From the NCBI RefSeq assembly GCF_964188315.1, contig NC_135660.1, positions 42,160,001-42,224,000 of the forward strand: a stretch of 64,000 nucleotides of DNA. Reading direction: 5' to 3'. Made by a program: the position numbers and the translations under genes. Source of the stretch: Podarcis muralis (taxonomy: Eukaryota). This document shows, one piece after another, positions 26,705-42,120 of this stretch. Numbering within the stretch: the first letter of the stretch is position 1; each line of letters opens with the position of its first letter. The notes beneath the pieces were generated by a model. It worked only from the letters and a program-made list of their open reading frames with translations. It ran no database searches and was not told the origin of the DNA.

Positions 26705-29700
26705 ATGGGGCGTTCGGGCAAGCTGCGCTCTGGCTCTGCCAGTAAACTCAAGCGCTGGCGCAAGGGGCATAGCAGCGACAGTAACCCGGAGGGGAGACGC
26801 TACCGCCTGGCTGCCCGGGGTCGCTTGCTCGCTCCCCGATCCGGTATGTGCGGCCAGGATAAGTGGGGGAATAGAATGCACTTATAGAAGGAGGGGGGGG
26901 GGGATCGGAATAGAAGGGCTTCAGAGAGAGAGAAATCTGTTACAAGGGCTTATGGCGTCATGGGGTTGAAGAAAAGCATTCTTCACCCGGAGAAATGTAC
27001 TTCGTTTAGTTATCTACGTTATTGAACGTTAAAACCGTGGAACTGTCCGACATGAATGAATTCCTGTACCCACCCTATGTGATATAGCTGGTGCCAGCAT
27101 CTTATGTGCCCCATAACACAATACAGTGGTACCTCGGGTTACATACGCTTCAGGTTGCATACACTTCAGGTTACAGACTCCGCTAACGCAGAAATATTAC
27201 CTCGGGTTAAGAACTTTGCTTCAGGATGAGAACAGAAATTGTGCTCCGGCGGCACGGCAGCAGCAGGAGGCCCCATTAGTTAAAGTGGTGCTTCAGGTTA
27301 AGAACAGTTTCAGGTTAAGAACAGACCTCCAGAACAAATTAAGTACTTAACCTGAGGTACCACTGTACAAAAGACAAGAAGTATATATTTTATCCTATTA
27401 AGTGTGACATTTCATTTTCCACAGCGACCCTTGTTGCTATGGGTGAAGTACTGCTGCCTGTAGTACTTGTTCATTGATGGTTAAGTTGGAATAATAGTTG
27501 TGGAAGGATACTTGTGTAAATTTTGATACCAAGCTAGTGAGTAGCTATCTAACTCCGTGGCCAGTCTGTTGTGGATTAATCTCATTCCTGGATTGCCTGG
27601 ACAACTTGGCTTGTCATTTGTGATTCTCTTGGTAGGCCTTATGTGGACAGAAACCTCACAGCAATCCGTTATGAAGTGTGTCCTCTCCCCAGTGTTGATT
27701 GAAGGTTTGTCTTTCCCTTATAGAAAACAGTAACCTGACTGTGGATGCTCTGAAACTGCACAATGAACTGCAGTCATCAGGACCCCTGCCTGCTTCACGG
27801 GATGGGGAAGGGAGTCAGCTGCGCATGGAGGAGGATGACAATGCCGAAACTGCTAAGACCCACAAATCTTCAGCCACCTTCCTGAGTGGACTGAGTGACT
27901 GCACCAGCCTCACCTTCAGTAAAGTGCAACGTTTCTGGGAGTCCAACTCTGCTGCTCACAAGGAGGTAATGGAATGCCAACTCCTAGGAAGTCACAAGGG
28001 CGGTGAAAGGGAGGGGCATAGAATATTGGGGGAAAGCACGCAGAGGGAAAAGTCAGTTTTTGACTGTAAGAGGAGATGGAGTGGAAGAGAGGCCAGCAGA
28101 GAAGAAAGTGGGTAAACAATACATTAGAAGGAACAGAGAAAAGTGGACACCAAGCAACCAAAGTGATAGACTAAAAGAAGTAACAGCAGTCAACTGACAG
28201 TGTGTCACTAAAGCAGCAGTTATGTTGTTAGCTCATTGTTAACTGCCCTAAAGCTACAAGATTAATAAGTAATACAGTGGTACCTCGGGTTGCAGATGCT
28301 TCAGGTTACAGACTCCGCTAACCCAGAAATAGTACCTCGGGTTAAGAACTTTGCTTCAGGATGAGAACAGAAATTGTGCTGTGGCAGCGGGAGGCCCCAT
28401 TAGCTAAAGTGGTACCTCAGGTTAAGAACAGTTTCAGGTTAAGAATGGACCTCCAGAATGAATTAAGTTCTTAACCCGAGTACCACTGTAATCATATTCG
28501 TAAGAGTTGCCAATCTGCCTCTCTCTGTTCATAACTGAGAACTGTGTGCACTATATTTGTTATTCGGGATTGAACAGTTTATAGTTGTTGGCTGTCTGGT
28601 AATAATGTAAGAGATGGATCCTCAGAGGCACGTTATGAATACACTGGCTTCCTGCTACATATTGGGGGCACTTTGACACCTTCATTGTTCTGAGGGAAAT
28701 GGAGGAGGAATTGCTATGCCATTTTGGAAATTTAAAGCAGAACTTGAATTCATACTTAGATTGCAAGAATGAGAAAAGTGGGCATTGTGCCTCCATCTCC
28801 AGATTGAAGGAGCAAGTGAAATGAATGTCAATCTACCGCTCATCTCCCTGGATCTCTAGTTCAGACACAATCCTCCTACTCTCATGTCAGCTCAAGAGCC
28901 CAGCACAGTGGTTATTGATAGCTGGTCTGCTCTTCCAGCTATTTGCTTATCTATGTTGAAATCATGCTGACCAGTAATCAATGGTGAAGTCTCCGGGAAG
29001 CATTCATAGGGATGGACAACAATGTTTACATGTAGGTGTTGGGGTGGCATGTTGTGAGGGAATGTTAAATTAATTTGGGCTTTAATCTGAACTCTCACAC
29101 TTGGATTCTTTGATAGATATGTGCAGTATTGGCTGCTGTCACCGAGGTGATCCGAGCACAGGGTGGCGTAGAGAGTGAGACAGAGTATTTTGGTGCATTG
29201 GTAAGTACCAGTACTGTGAAATGAGGCAGGCAGGAGCTACCTGGACGTTTCAGGTCACTGATATGTACAGTTGAGTGTGGTTACCAACAACTGCTGTGAT
29301 CGCAGTACTCATCAATAATCGCAATAAACAAACAGACTTGACCGTCATAAGGCAAATAGCAGACAGGAAGTAATGGCAAGACCTTGTAGCATTTGCATGA
29401 ACAGTTTATCTTACTTCCCTTCATGCTATTTACTTATTTATTTTATTACTACGTTTACATCTTGCCCTTCAAGGAAAATTTCCAGGGAAGCTTACATAAA
29501 ATTCAGTAAGCACAACCAACACCAATCCCACTGGATGAAACAATTCCAAACACCAGTCGGAGTGATGGTGGTGAGATAAGGCTCCACTTGATATGCACTC
29601 AGCCTAGGGGAACAGGGAAATAAACCACTAAGAAAATTGCAAAATGGTGCATCCATAGCCCACCCATGGTAGCAACTGCAGAGGGAGCCAATGAACTCAT

Positions 29701-32700
29701 GATAACAATTGAGCCCCACAACACAGCCCTCGTCTATATTTCTGACACTCATATACTGGTTGTGGCGTGCTATGATTGGGTGCTCCTTGCAATATGGGAG
29801 GTGGGGGAAGATTGTCACATGAGCCAGCATATGGCCAGGTTGTTGTTGCCATTATTATTATTAAAATTTGGATACTGCCCTTCATCTGAAGATCTCAGGG
29901 TGGTTCATAGCGTAAAAATACAGAATAAAACTACAAAGTACATAATAGAAACATAATAAGAGCAAAAACAAACCAATAACCAAAGGTGCTCCTTTAGACT
30001 TCAAGATGCAATCCCAGGGAGTCCAACATCCTTTCTGATTACTTCCCTGCACCATACTATGTCTCCCCAGATGACTACTCTGGAAGCTGTGGAATCTCCA
30101 GAGTCCCTGGCTGCTGTTGCTTACCTGCTGAATCTGGTGTTGAAGAGGTGAGTTCTCAGAACATGAGAAAAGTTCGTCTGGACCAGAACAGTGGCCCGTG
30201 TCAGGATGCTTTAGAAAAGGATTAGAACAATTGAGGATGCAAGCATAACCTTCAATGCTATCTTGACTATTTCCCAGACAAAGGCTGATCTGGATGTAGC
30301 TATTGAATGTGTTGGGCCCTGTTGTGAATCCATTTACACTCTTGTTGTATTTTGGCAATGAGTCCCCAAGATAAATATCCTTCCTCTTTGTGTTGCTGTT
30401 GCTGCTTAATTGATTGACACATTCATATGATGTGTTACTGAAATAAAAGTCCCCTAGCAATTTTTTGCACCTGACCTTTTAAACTGTCCTTACTGGTAAA
30501 AAATCCTGAATCTATTAGACATTCATTTTTTGGTATCTTTTCTGCAGCCCTCATCACTCAAGCACTTCTGTGTACATTTACCACTTCACTATATCTCTGT
30601 TTAGATAAGATGACCAGAATTGCCCACCATGACCCAAGTGTGGATGTTGTTGCTCTTAAACTTGACAATGGATAACTGTGCAAGTGATGAAGTGCAAGAG
30701 CTAGTCTGGGCCTTTGGTGACTTTCTTCTCTTTTGAAACAGAGTGGGTGATTCATGTACTGGGAGATTAGAAGTATAGGGTGCTACCAAACTAAGCCTAG
30801 CTGCAAGAGAGTAAAGTTCCTTGGAAGCAAAGGGTAGTGGAATATAGTGATACCTTGGATCTTGAATGCCTTGGCTCATGAACAAATTGGCTCCTGAACG
30901 ATTGAAACCCGGAAGTGAATGTTCCGGTTTTCAAATGTTCTTTTAGAAGCCGAATGTACAACGGGGATTCCGCAGCTTCTGATTGGCTGCAGGAGCTTCC
31001 TGCAGCCAATCAGAAGCTGCATTTCGGTTTCCAAACATTTTGGAAGTTGAACAGACTTCTGTAATGGATTCTGTTCGACTTCCAAGGTATGACTGTACTT
31101 GCTATTGTTTTTGCCTAACATTGATGCCTCTTCCTATCTCTTAACTCCCAAATAGGGTACCAGGTCCTGTGCTGATCAAGAAATTCTCTGATACATCAAA
31201 GGCCTTTATGGGGATCTTAGGCTCCCAAGCCTGTGGAGACTCCACCTCGGCCCTGCGCTGGGTAAGTGTTTCAGGAGAGGACTAACTGTGGGGCAGGAGG
31301 GACATCTGGATATTGGGTGTGGGCAGCTATTGTGGTTAATGGAATCCTTTATGTAGTGTGATGTGCACTTGTGATTGTATTGTGAAATCCCTTTGAGATG
31401 CTTCATGGGAAATAATGCAGAAATGAAATATAAATAAATAAAAAATGCATGTCCAGGAGTCAGGGGCCATTCTGCATAGCTTCTTGGTTTATTGCTTCTC
31501 ACCCCACCACCCCCACAAGCAAGGTGTGTGGAGCAGTGCTGGGTTGAATGAATCCTGTTGATAGGCTCAAAGATAAAGGGCGTAGGTAGTGGTGTCAGAT
31601 GCATCAGAAATTTTAAACTGAATCCCTGGCTTAAGGGCTCACTAGTGTATATGCAAGGATGTTTCTTGGCATAGTGATAGCACTCTATATGTCCATCCTT
31701 AATCTGTCTGCTTTCAGGTGCTCTCCTGCCTAGCTACATTGCTGCGAAGACAGAACCTGGTAGCTTGGAATTACCCTGTGACGATGCAAGTTTTTCATGG
31801 CATTCTCAGCTTTACTGTCCATGTCAAACCCAAGGTGAGTTCACATCACCTACCCTGTTCAGCACAAACCAGTCAGTTTCACTGCACTTGGCAGCATGCA
31901 CCCCAACGCTGCCACAGTAACTTTCGCTTTTGTTTCATCTGTTAAATGTATGTCTCAGCTTTCCATGTGGAATGCCTATGGGGGCTAACAATAAAGTATA
32001 ATAAGAGATGTAGCTCATTTCCAGTATGCAACTGCTTGGAGCTGGGCATGAAGTAAACAGCCCAGCTCACCACCCTTTCTCCCTCCCCTTTCCTTGGTTG
32101 CAGGTTCGCAAGGCTGCTCAGCATGGTGTTTGCTCCATCCTGAGAGGTAGCGAATTCCTCTTTGGGGATGGGGCTCCCTCGCATCACCCAGCTGCATCTT
32201 CTGCTGCCAAGTTCTGCGTGCAAGAGATTGAGAAAGCTGGAGGTATTGGAGACGGGAGATTCATGAGTTGTGTTTTATTAATATTTGCAAGCTGCTCTGG
32301 GACAAATCTCCCTGAAGGGTGGGCTGTGAGTTTTATAATAACAAACTGTGTTGGAGAAGGTAGCAGTGCTAGACCTCTTTGGTTTTCCAGGTGCCAAAGA
32401 GGCCACAACCACTCTTCATGTACTCACCCTGCTGCGTGACTTGCTGCCCTGCCTGCCTGCCCCATCTGTCAAATCTTGCTGCGAGACCCTCCTTCGAGTT
32501 ATGACCCTCAGCCATGTGGTGAGCTCTCTTCTGTTGGTTAACAGTGGCTCTGTGGCGCTGCCTCTGCTCTGGGGATGCCACACCACCCAGTGGGGAGAGC
32601 CAACATGCTTCAGTAAGAATGAAAGCATGAATAGTCTTTGTTTGTTACCAATGGGGGCTTGGTACGAATTACCTATGTATCTAAAGTCCCTCTTCAGGAT

Positions 32701-35700
32701 GGGAAATAATGGCCCTGTCACTTTAGGAGGGACATTTCATTAGCATATTTGGCACACTGGCTTTTGTGGGGGAGTCAGTGTATCTGGTGCTTTTAAAAGA
32801 ACTTATTTTTACACATCTTCTTTCCACCCCCAGCTAGTGACAGCATGTGCTATGAAAGCTTTCCACAGCCTCTTCGTTGCCCAGCCACCCCCATCCTGCC
32901 TGCCAGCTGAACTCAATGCCCAGATCATTGTGGTGAGTACTGTAAGAGTCAGACTAGATGAGTGGGGGGGGGTGCATAACCAGCCCTGGGGGCTCAAATA
33001 TTTAGTTATTCGTTTTGGTACATATATATCCTACTTTTCAAGGCAAAAACCCTTCTCAAAGCAATTCACGAGCTAGTATCAATACAACTTTAAAATAATT
33101 CAGATTCAGTAAACAACCAATAACGCTATCTATTCTGCTTTACCAGGCCCTATATGACTATTTACCCAGTGAAAATGACCTTCAGCCTCTGCTGGCCTGG
33201 CTATCTGTCATGGAGCGGGCACATGTCAATCTGGCAAAGTAAGGAGGAGAGTAGTGGGGAAGATGGATGGGTGGTGTTGGGTCTACTCCCCAGCTGGTCC
33301 ATAACAAAAGGTCTCTCCATTCTCTAGGCTGCAGTGGGATCTGTGCTGGGCTCACCTTTCCCGCCTCTTCAGTGCGGCAATGAACTGCTTCCTTTCTCCT
33401 CACACACAGGTGGCGGCGGCTGCTGCTCAGACCCTAAAGGTACTGTCCTACCTTTACTCCCAAGCATACCATGTAGGGCTGTCAAGAATTGTGTGCTGCT
33501 GAAATAAAGATTTGTTTGGCATTTCAGTGAAAGTATGCAACCCCGCTCTCCCCAAAAGTCCTCTTTGTGAATACACACCTACAGAGAACTTTTGCATTGC
33601 CAGCTTCAGTTCAACCCCGTGATGTAACAGGAAACTTGGACCTACAGCCAGCTTGCTGCAAGCTCTGATTGGCACTCACCGAAAGCCTGCTTTAAGGAGG
33701 CATCCGCTGTGCTGGTGGGGAACTCCTTAGCACAGTCCATCACTGCAGGCTTGCTGTATAGCCAGTCAGCTGACAGCGCGAGTTTCTCTTGGCTTGGCAA
33801 GGAATAACTGGAGCACTTTAATGCTCCTGATTGTTGGACATCTATGTCACCATGTGGGTAAGAGGGCATGGTTTGAGGAAAACTGCCTTGTGGGCCCAAT
33901 TGGGACACATGCTGGACTTTGCCCACCCCTGCTGTAAGGAGAGTGGGCTAGTGCTAAAGCTCTATGTGTGTGTGTTTGCCTCTTGTTGTAGGTCTTGCTC
34001 AATGAATGCGTGGCCCCCCACATGGCAGAGCTGGGGCTGGTTTCCTCTGCCACCCCCTCTGGACCGGCTGCTCACGTCTGCAAGATGTTCAGGTAGAAGA
34101 AGTGGCCCAGTGGGTTGAGGGAAAGAGGTCAAAATCCTGGTTTTGAAAGGCTGCGTGTTGAATAGCTATTTGCTTTTCTCCTTGTAGGGCAGTGGAAGAG
34201 GGCTTGACATACCGGTTCCATGCGGCATGGGCCTCCGTGTTGCAGGTTCTGAAGACTTTCTTTGAAGTGTGTGGGCATCAGTGCCATCTCGCCATGTGTA
34301 AGGTAAAGGAGTTTCTGTGGTGACTGAGCCCTGTTCCACAAGAGACAAGAAGGGATCTCCATGGCAAAAGAATATTTGGACACTGAGGCCTTGCAAACTT
34401 CTGAGATGCATTGTTGTTAAACTTTTCTAGAGCTCTTAGGATCGTGAGCTGGAGATTCGTGGATGCATAAATGTGTGTTATACAGTGGATATAAAGAAGT
34501 CAGTGATAGGAGTCATTATAAGAGGGTAGGCTGTTTTATAGCACATGCTTACTTGTGTGATGCTCTCTTTCGTTTTCCTTTTTCTGCAGTGCTTACAGTC
34601 CTTAGCTGACCTGCGTGGCTCCCCACACTTTCCTCACACTGTGCTGCTCGACCAGACTCTAGGGGCTGCAGTGACCACTATGGGCCCCGAGGTTGTCCTG
34701 CAGGCTGTGCCCCTAGATATTGATGGCACAGAGTGAGTATAATCTCTGCCTTTCTGGGTTTCTGATGTTTCTATACCTTCCCATAAGACAAGCCCAGCTG
34801 GATCAAGCCATCTAGTTCAACATCCTATTCTCACAGTGGCCATAGGCAGATTCAAATAAGATTTTGCTACCACCTGAATAGGATAGAAATGTGACTGTCT
34901 GAATGGGCATCTGCATCAGGGTTCATATGAAAAGAAAAGTTGGGATCCTATACTCTTCTATTAATTAGGAACACTGTTGCATGTTGCAAACGCTTGTTTA
35001 GAAGGGGTTAGCAAAATCGCATTTGAATCTGCCTTTGCCATTTAGTTGGATACTCCAAGACCAGAAATCCTTGGACAGGATTGTAGGCTGAGCTGGGTGT
35101 TTACTACTTGGGGCTTCCACACCTCCACTATCTTATGGCATTGTTGTAGCTAAAAGTACTCGCAAAGGAACATCGGCGCCAAAATCCAACATACCCAGGT
35201 ACATTGCTTCCCCAATCCTCTTAATTTTGTCATTTGTTCTCTCTTCTGCTTCCTCCACAAGGGAGACACTGGATTTCCCCCGTAGCTGGCTCCTTCCTGT
35301 ACTCCGAGACAGTATCCGAGATGCACCCCTTGCCTTCTTCTCCAGTTACTTCCTGCCACTGGCTGCCACTCTAAAACACAGAGGTAACTGACAATGTAGA
35401 TGGGCAAGACCATGAGCACGTACCAGCAGACCTGAGTGTTGGACCTTAAAAGAGCACGACAACAGCTCCATCTCTAGGGTTTAAGATTGCAGTAGAGCTG
35501 TGGTACATTCCACCTGGAGAATCCATCGGAAAGTCTACCATACCAGACATCCCAAAACAAAATCCAGCTTCTAATGAGAAGTTTGGGCATACAGAATGAA
35601 AAAAAATACAGATGTTAAAGCTCCACATTTGAAGTCTCTGTCTTGGGATTTAGTTATAGTCGATTGCTGCATACCAGTACTGTTTGCATTCAGCAAGCAG

Positions 35701-36482
35701 AAATTCATCCTTTGGGTCTGCACCAATTGTGGCTTTGGATACGGGTTAGATCTGCACAAATATATGGGTCATCTATTGTATGGAGTACATCATGACAGCA
35801 GTTGCCTGTTAATTTCATGAGATTTTGTATAATGTGCAAACTCCAGGTGTCCTACAGGCAGAGTGTATTGATTTCCCCCTTAGATTAGCTTCTTCATATA
35901 TACTAAGCTACAGTCACAGACCTCTCTCTTACCTTTCTCCAGCCACAGAGCTTGACGAGGCTAAACGGCACTTAGAAGCCAAGATCTACGATACACTGCA
36001 GTGGCAGGTGAGGCAGCACCCCAACAGTTTGGCTTTGCATGTTTTCTGCATCTAGGACTGGGACCCTGTGCTTAAAAGGTTTGGAGAGTAACCGTGGTTC
36101 ATAACAATGCTCCTTTCTCTGTCTTTCAGATCTGGACCCTTCTGCCTGGTTTCTGTAGCCAGCCTACCGATGTGGTATCCTCCTTCAAAGGACTGGCACG
36201 TACTTTGGGCATGGCCATCAGCGATCGCCCTGATCTGCGGCTCGTTGTGTGCCAAGCTTTGCGCAGGCTAATTAACAAAGGCTGTCAAACAGGTAAGATC
36301 TATCTGTGGAAGTGACCCTTGCTCAGTTTACTCTAGCCAAGTCACTGTGGCTGGAGCTGTTTCTGTGCTAGTTCTGCTTCTTGCTGAGAATGCAAGAGTG
36401 GAGAAAGAGGGGTAGAGAGCCTGGCAGGAGCCCTGCTGTTGATTCCAACATTTTGAAGCATGCTTCACCAGCAGCATCGTTC

Positions 36483-36525
<43 letters not shown>

Positions 36526-36991
36526 CTCCATTCTCTATATTTGTTTGCTTCTCTTTGCAGAGGCCGAGCGTGCTGAAGTTGGGCGTTTTGCAAAGAACTT
36601 CCTGCCCATTCTATTCAATGCCTATAGCCAGGAGGGTGGTGCCAGCGAAAGCCCTGTACAGCGGCGTTCTGTGTTGGACACTATAAGGGCCTACTTGACT
36701 GTGACGGAGCCAGGGGTGAGCAAAGCTCTGTGAACAACACCAGACTTCTGAGATCACCACCACTTGCTTTGTCATTCTACCTTTCCTCTAGAAAGTGGGA
36801 AGCCAGCAGGGTTACTAGTTTCCAAATTCTCAAGACTTGATTTTCAGGGCTTATTTTAAACTTTCTTTAATAGTGTGTTTTAATTGTTGTAACCTGCCCA
36901 AGGACCTTGGAATGAAGGGTGATTAACAGATTGTAATAGCAATATCAATCACTTCATGTGGGTCAGCTCTATAAGTGAACAGCATTGCTAG

Positions 36992-37055
<64 letters not shown>

Positions 37056-40000
37056 TTGTATGCCGCCCATCTGACTGGGGTGCTTCCAACAAATTATAAA
37101 ACCACAGTAAAACATCAATCCTTAAAAACTTCCCTATACTAGGCTGCTTTCAAATGTCTTCTAAAAATCAAATACAGTGGTGCCCCGCAAGACGAATGCC
37201 TCGCAAGACAAAAAACCCGCTAGACGAAAGGGTTTTCCGTTTCGGAGGCGCTTCGCAAGACGAATTTCCCTATGGGCTTGCTTCGCAAGACGAAAACGTC
37301 TTGCGAGTCTCGCCCTTCCCCCCCCGCTTTCCCCCCCCTTTTTCAAAGCCGCTAAGCCGTTAATAGCCTTTTAACAGCTTAGCCGCTAAGCCTTTAATAA
37401 CCGCTAAGCCGCTAAATCGCTAATAGCGCTAATCCGCTTAGCTGCTAATGGGCTTGCTTCGCAAGACGAAAAAACCGCTAGACGAAAAGAATCGCGGAAC
37501 GGATTCTTTTCGTCTTGCGAGGCACCACTGTAGTTGTTTATTTCCTTGACATCTGATGAGAGGGTATTCCACAGGGCTGGCACCACTACCAAGAAGGCCC
37601 TCTGCTGGTTCCCTGCAACTTCACTTCTTGCAGGGAGGGAACTGCCAGAAGGCCCTTGAAGCTGGACCTCAGACAAGGGCCATTCTCCTTATTTTAGTCT
37701 CTTAATAGAATTAATATATTTTTGTAGTGATAAAACAGGATGGATCGATGGGCAACAGTCTATACACATGAAATACATTTTCCTTTTCTGTTGTAAGTCC
37801 CACATGTTAATATAAAAGCAGATGGGTGGGTGTGCAGAACACTGACTATCAGCTCAAAATGAAAAGCCCTTTGCTAGAAAGGCTTCTCATCTGCCGCTTT
37901 GGAATGTTCTCTCTTCAAGGTCGTATCAGGGAACTGAAAGAGTGCAGTGTTTGCTAGTATGGCTTCCAAAAGCACAAGTCAAAATACTGTTTAACCCTGA
38001 AGTGTTCACGCAGGAGGTTTTATAGCTGAGTTCTCTTAGGGCTTGTCAGATCCAATATGGGTGCACTTCTGCTTGCTTCAGACCAACTGGATACAAGTTG
38101 GTCACATCTCTAAGGTCTGCCGGTGCTAGGAGAGAGAGGGGCAGGTTTCTGTAGCTGGATGGATCTCAAATATGGGGGGGGGGGCAGGCCTTTCCCCATC
38201 AGGCCTAGAAGAATGGGGCCCTGACTGATGACACCAACAAAAACTGAGGCTGCTCAGTTCAGTGGTTTTTGTTGGGGCAGGGTGCTACTGTTATGGATAC
38301 TGATTTATTTATTTATTTGGTATCCTTTTAAAGATTTTATAATAGCATTTATGTGGAAATTGTTCAATTTGTGTACTTTTTGATGTTTTATTTATTGTTT
38401 ATGACTGTGTTTGGTTATGCTTGTAATTATGTGTTTTCCCATGTTGTGAGCTGCCTTGCGCATGGTTTGAACTATGGAAAGGCAGCATACAAACAAAATA
38501 ATGTATGTGTGGTGCAAAAGGGAAGCTCTGGGGGTGACACTCTCTTTATCTCTATTGCAGATGTTGCATGCTTTCCTAGAGAAAGCTAGTGAGAAACTGA
38601 CCAGCTCTGATAGTTCAGAGTTCACTAGGTAAGGACACCCCAGAGTTTGGATCCATCTTTTTCCATACAATGGAGAAGAGTGTCCTCAGATGGGTTGTGC
38701 TACCCTCTTTTCTATTGCGTAGGCCTATGTAAATCAGTATTGTTTTCATCTGTCTGTGGAGTAAGCCCCTCTCTGTCCCACTCCTGTTAAGCTCCAGAGC
38801 ACCTCATTGGAGGCCTGATTTTTTCCTCTGTTCCTCCCAGGTGCTCCCCTCTCCCTGCAAGTCAGTGAAGGCAGAGAGGGTGGGATGCACATGGCTTTTC
38901 CATTCCTGGCCCTAGTAATTGTGGAATCTGGTAGGTTTGCACTAATAAGTAGTTGGCTTTGTACTATTCCCAGGGAGAAGCAGAGTCCTAAAGATTAGCT
39001 TTTGTGTTCACGCTTGCTAACTGTGCCTTCCCTGTTGCAGGCTTTCTGTGTTGGACCTTGTTGTAGCCATGGCCCCTTATGCAGATGAGCCATCTCTGCA
39101 TGATCTCTATAGCACCATCCAGTCCTCCTTACAGGTGAGCTACCTTTCAGTTAGCTGTTGGAGTGTATGCTGTGGCACATTGCAAGCTCCAGGTCTGCTG
39201 GCTTTGACCACCATGATCCCTGCTCTTCCTGAGAGTGCCATATTGACACCCTTAAAATCAGTTTAGCTATTACATTTAGGGAGATACGTGTCTTAATCTG
39301 TTCAGAAGGAGGCTGCAGAGTTGTTTGACCTTATCCTTTTTACTTGGCTTCTGCTCCCCAAAGTTGTGTGGAAGCAGTAAGGCGTGTTTGTCTATGATCC
39401 ATTGCTATCCCGGTCAGGCATAATCTGTCTGCTTTGGGCAACCCTATGGTCCTTGTTTCATGTTGAGTGCCTATCCTCTTGCATCTTCTTGGCCACAGGG
39501 ATAACTTCCTAGGTGTTTTCCCAGCTGCTTATCCTTGAACATTTTCTGTGTAGCAAAGAGAATGTTCAGATGATCCAACTGATGCTGATTCTGTGCGAAA
39601 GACTCATGTAATTGACCCTCACATTCCATATGCTTGTGACATTTAAACAGTCTCTCAACCACATGGAAACCTCTGGCAGATATTCAGCTCCTATGCAACT
39701 AAAATATCTAAAAGGGACTAGATGGTCCTCAGGTCCCTTCCAACTTTGTAATTCTATGATTCTATAGATGTGGCCTCTCCCTGGTTTCTGGAATAATCTT
39801 CCCCCGACTTCCATATTGTGCAGGCTGGGAGCCTCTGTTCTTGTGTGCATGCAGTTTGTTTTTGCTAACTGATTTCTCTGGTATAATCATCCTAGAACAA
39901 AGACCACAGGATACAGAAGAAGGCTTATCGGGTGCTGGAGGAAATATGTGCCTCTGACAGGCCTGCCTGTCAGAACTTTGTTAGAAGTCATCTGGAGGAG

Positions 40001-42068
40001 CTACAGAGTGCCCTGCTAGGCTCTTTGCCCAGTGCCACTTCACCTGCCAAGAGGGTAAGGAAGGTGTCTGGGGAGAAGACACTTACTGCTTTCCCCCCTG
40101 TAGTGGGTAGGGTGCTGAAGCACAGGTGGTGATAGAAATAAGCGATTGCTGTGCTTGCCTGTCTCTAACTCCACACTCCCATTCTTTGTTCCCAGCCCCG
40201 TTTGAAGTGCCTCTTCCATGTTGTCAAGCAGCTTGCAGTGGAGCATGAGGATTTCGTTACTGCCCTGGTGCCAGAGGTGAGCAGAAAAGGCAGTGGCAGG
40301 CAGGGTGCTGAAGGAATGGGGAAAGTAGGTGGGCAATTGTGTCCGCAGAAGATGGGGAGAAATAGTACTTCTGGGGCTAGAGGTGGGAGCATGCATGGAA
40401 CTAAATATTCATCTCCAAACAGAGCCAAGTTATGGTACGAGTTCTGCTATATTCCGAATCCCCACATCTTTCTGGCCCATACATTGAATTTTCTCCTCTC
40501 CCACCTGCTGCAAACAAACTCATGCCCTTTGGCAAGTGTAGCTATGCAGCATGGAAATCCTCTCTCATTCCTTGCTTGCTTCTTTCTTTTGCATTACAAA
40601 CATCTTGTACTCATGCTGTGAAGAAGCTGTTGTAATTCAGAATTAGGAATTTTGCTTCTCCTACCTTGTGATGAGGGAATAAATATATTCCCCCATCAGT
40701 GGAGGAGGATACCCTGTAGTGGGTTGCTGCTCCCACTTACTCCGACAGGCAGGGCTTATGCAGTTTTGTCTTAGTCCCTGACAGTTGGAAGTTACTGCCA
40801 GTTTCTGACCTGCCTGCTCTGCAGTGCTCCATCTTCAGGTTCACCTGATTTGCTCTCTTTTTTAAAAGCAACGAACTAGAAATGTTTTCTCCCTCCTTGA
40901 ATCTGGATTAGATAGCTACTGCCTTTGTGAAATCCTCAGAAGAAGAAGTTCCCTACTGCTGAAAGTGTTTTGTCTGTTGTCACACGTTGTCACACGTTAA
41001 AAAAGATTATAGGTCAACTTGATGACTGTAGGTTTTGTGCTTGGGAAAGTCATAGATTGGCTGGAGCTCTGATTTTAGACCAATGGCTTATATTTTAGAC
41101 CAATGGCTTATATTTCAGTTCTCTCTGAAAGCTGATGCTGATAATACAGTGATGTTGAAAACTGTGGGGCAGAGGTGGTATGGGGTGATGACAGGTACCT
41201 TTGTATTTAGGTCATACTCTGCACCAAGGAGGTGTCGGTGGGTGCCCGCAAGAACGCTTACAACTTGCTTGTAGAGATTGGTCATGCTTTCCTGCGCTTT
41301 GGCCCCACACCAAAAGGTGAGTCCTGGTTTGCCTACATTGGGCTGTTACCAAAAAGAGATGGACTTTTTTGCCCTGAGCCCCCTGTCTTTCTGTCAAAAG
41401 CTGTGTTGGCTCCTATGTACACGCCTTCTATTTTTTATTACCTTACATTGCTTTCCATCTCTGCTTCATTTATTCCAGTAATTTTAGTCAACTCTCCTCT
41501 TATCACTGGTCCATATAACCTTTTCTGAGTTTTTCCAGATTAGTCAAATTTTGCATTTAATTGCTGAATTGAGACCTGGATGAACTTTGTGCAAACTGAA
41601 AATCTGTACATATTGATTTTTTTGTGTGTAATTCTGTTTAGCAGAGGGCAATCTATGCAGGGTACTGAAGTCTAACCCCCTGACTACTAGAAATCCTCCT
41701 TAATCTCCTGTTTCAGAGATCTCATCAGACAATGCCTACACATTTTTCAGATTATCCTTGAATCATAAGTACTAGAATTTTAAATTTGGCATCTGATATT
41801 AAATTCCACACTAATTAAAGAAATGCAGGATTCACTTAGCCCAGCCTGAGGCTTTGAATATCTCAGTCTTCCACCCTTGCACTGTATAAAGCAGAATATA
41901 TTTAACATTTCAGACTGGTTCCTGCTTTCAGAAGAAGGGTTTTCAGTAGCCAGAACATGGGGGCTTTTCTGTCGTTCCTAATTCAGTGTCTTATAACTGT
42001 TGCCTGTTCCCTTCCCAATATTGCCTATCTACTATTGATATCTGTACTCTTGTCTTTTTGGTCTCTGA

Positions 42069-42120
<52 letters not shown>

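Noticed and set aside
29882-30460. 192-aa minus-strand ORF
   Set aside because: Starts at a non-ATG codon, lies antisense across RRP12 exon 4 and repeat-derived intron sequence, and has no recognisable domain.
40969-41115. Small tandem duplications (GTCACACGTT x2; ATTTTAGACCAATGGCTTAT x2)
   Set aside because: Ordinary slippage duplications in an intron with no further structure.
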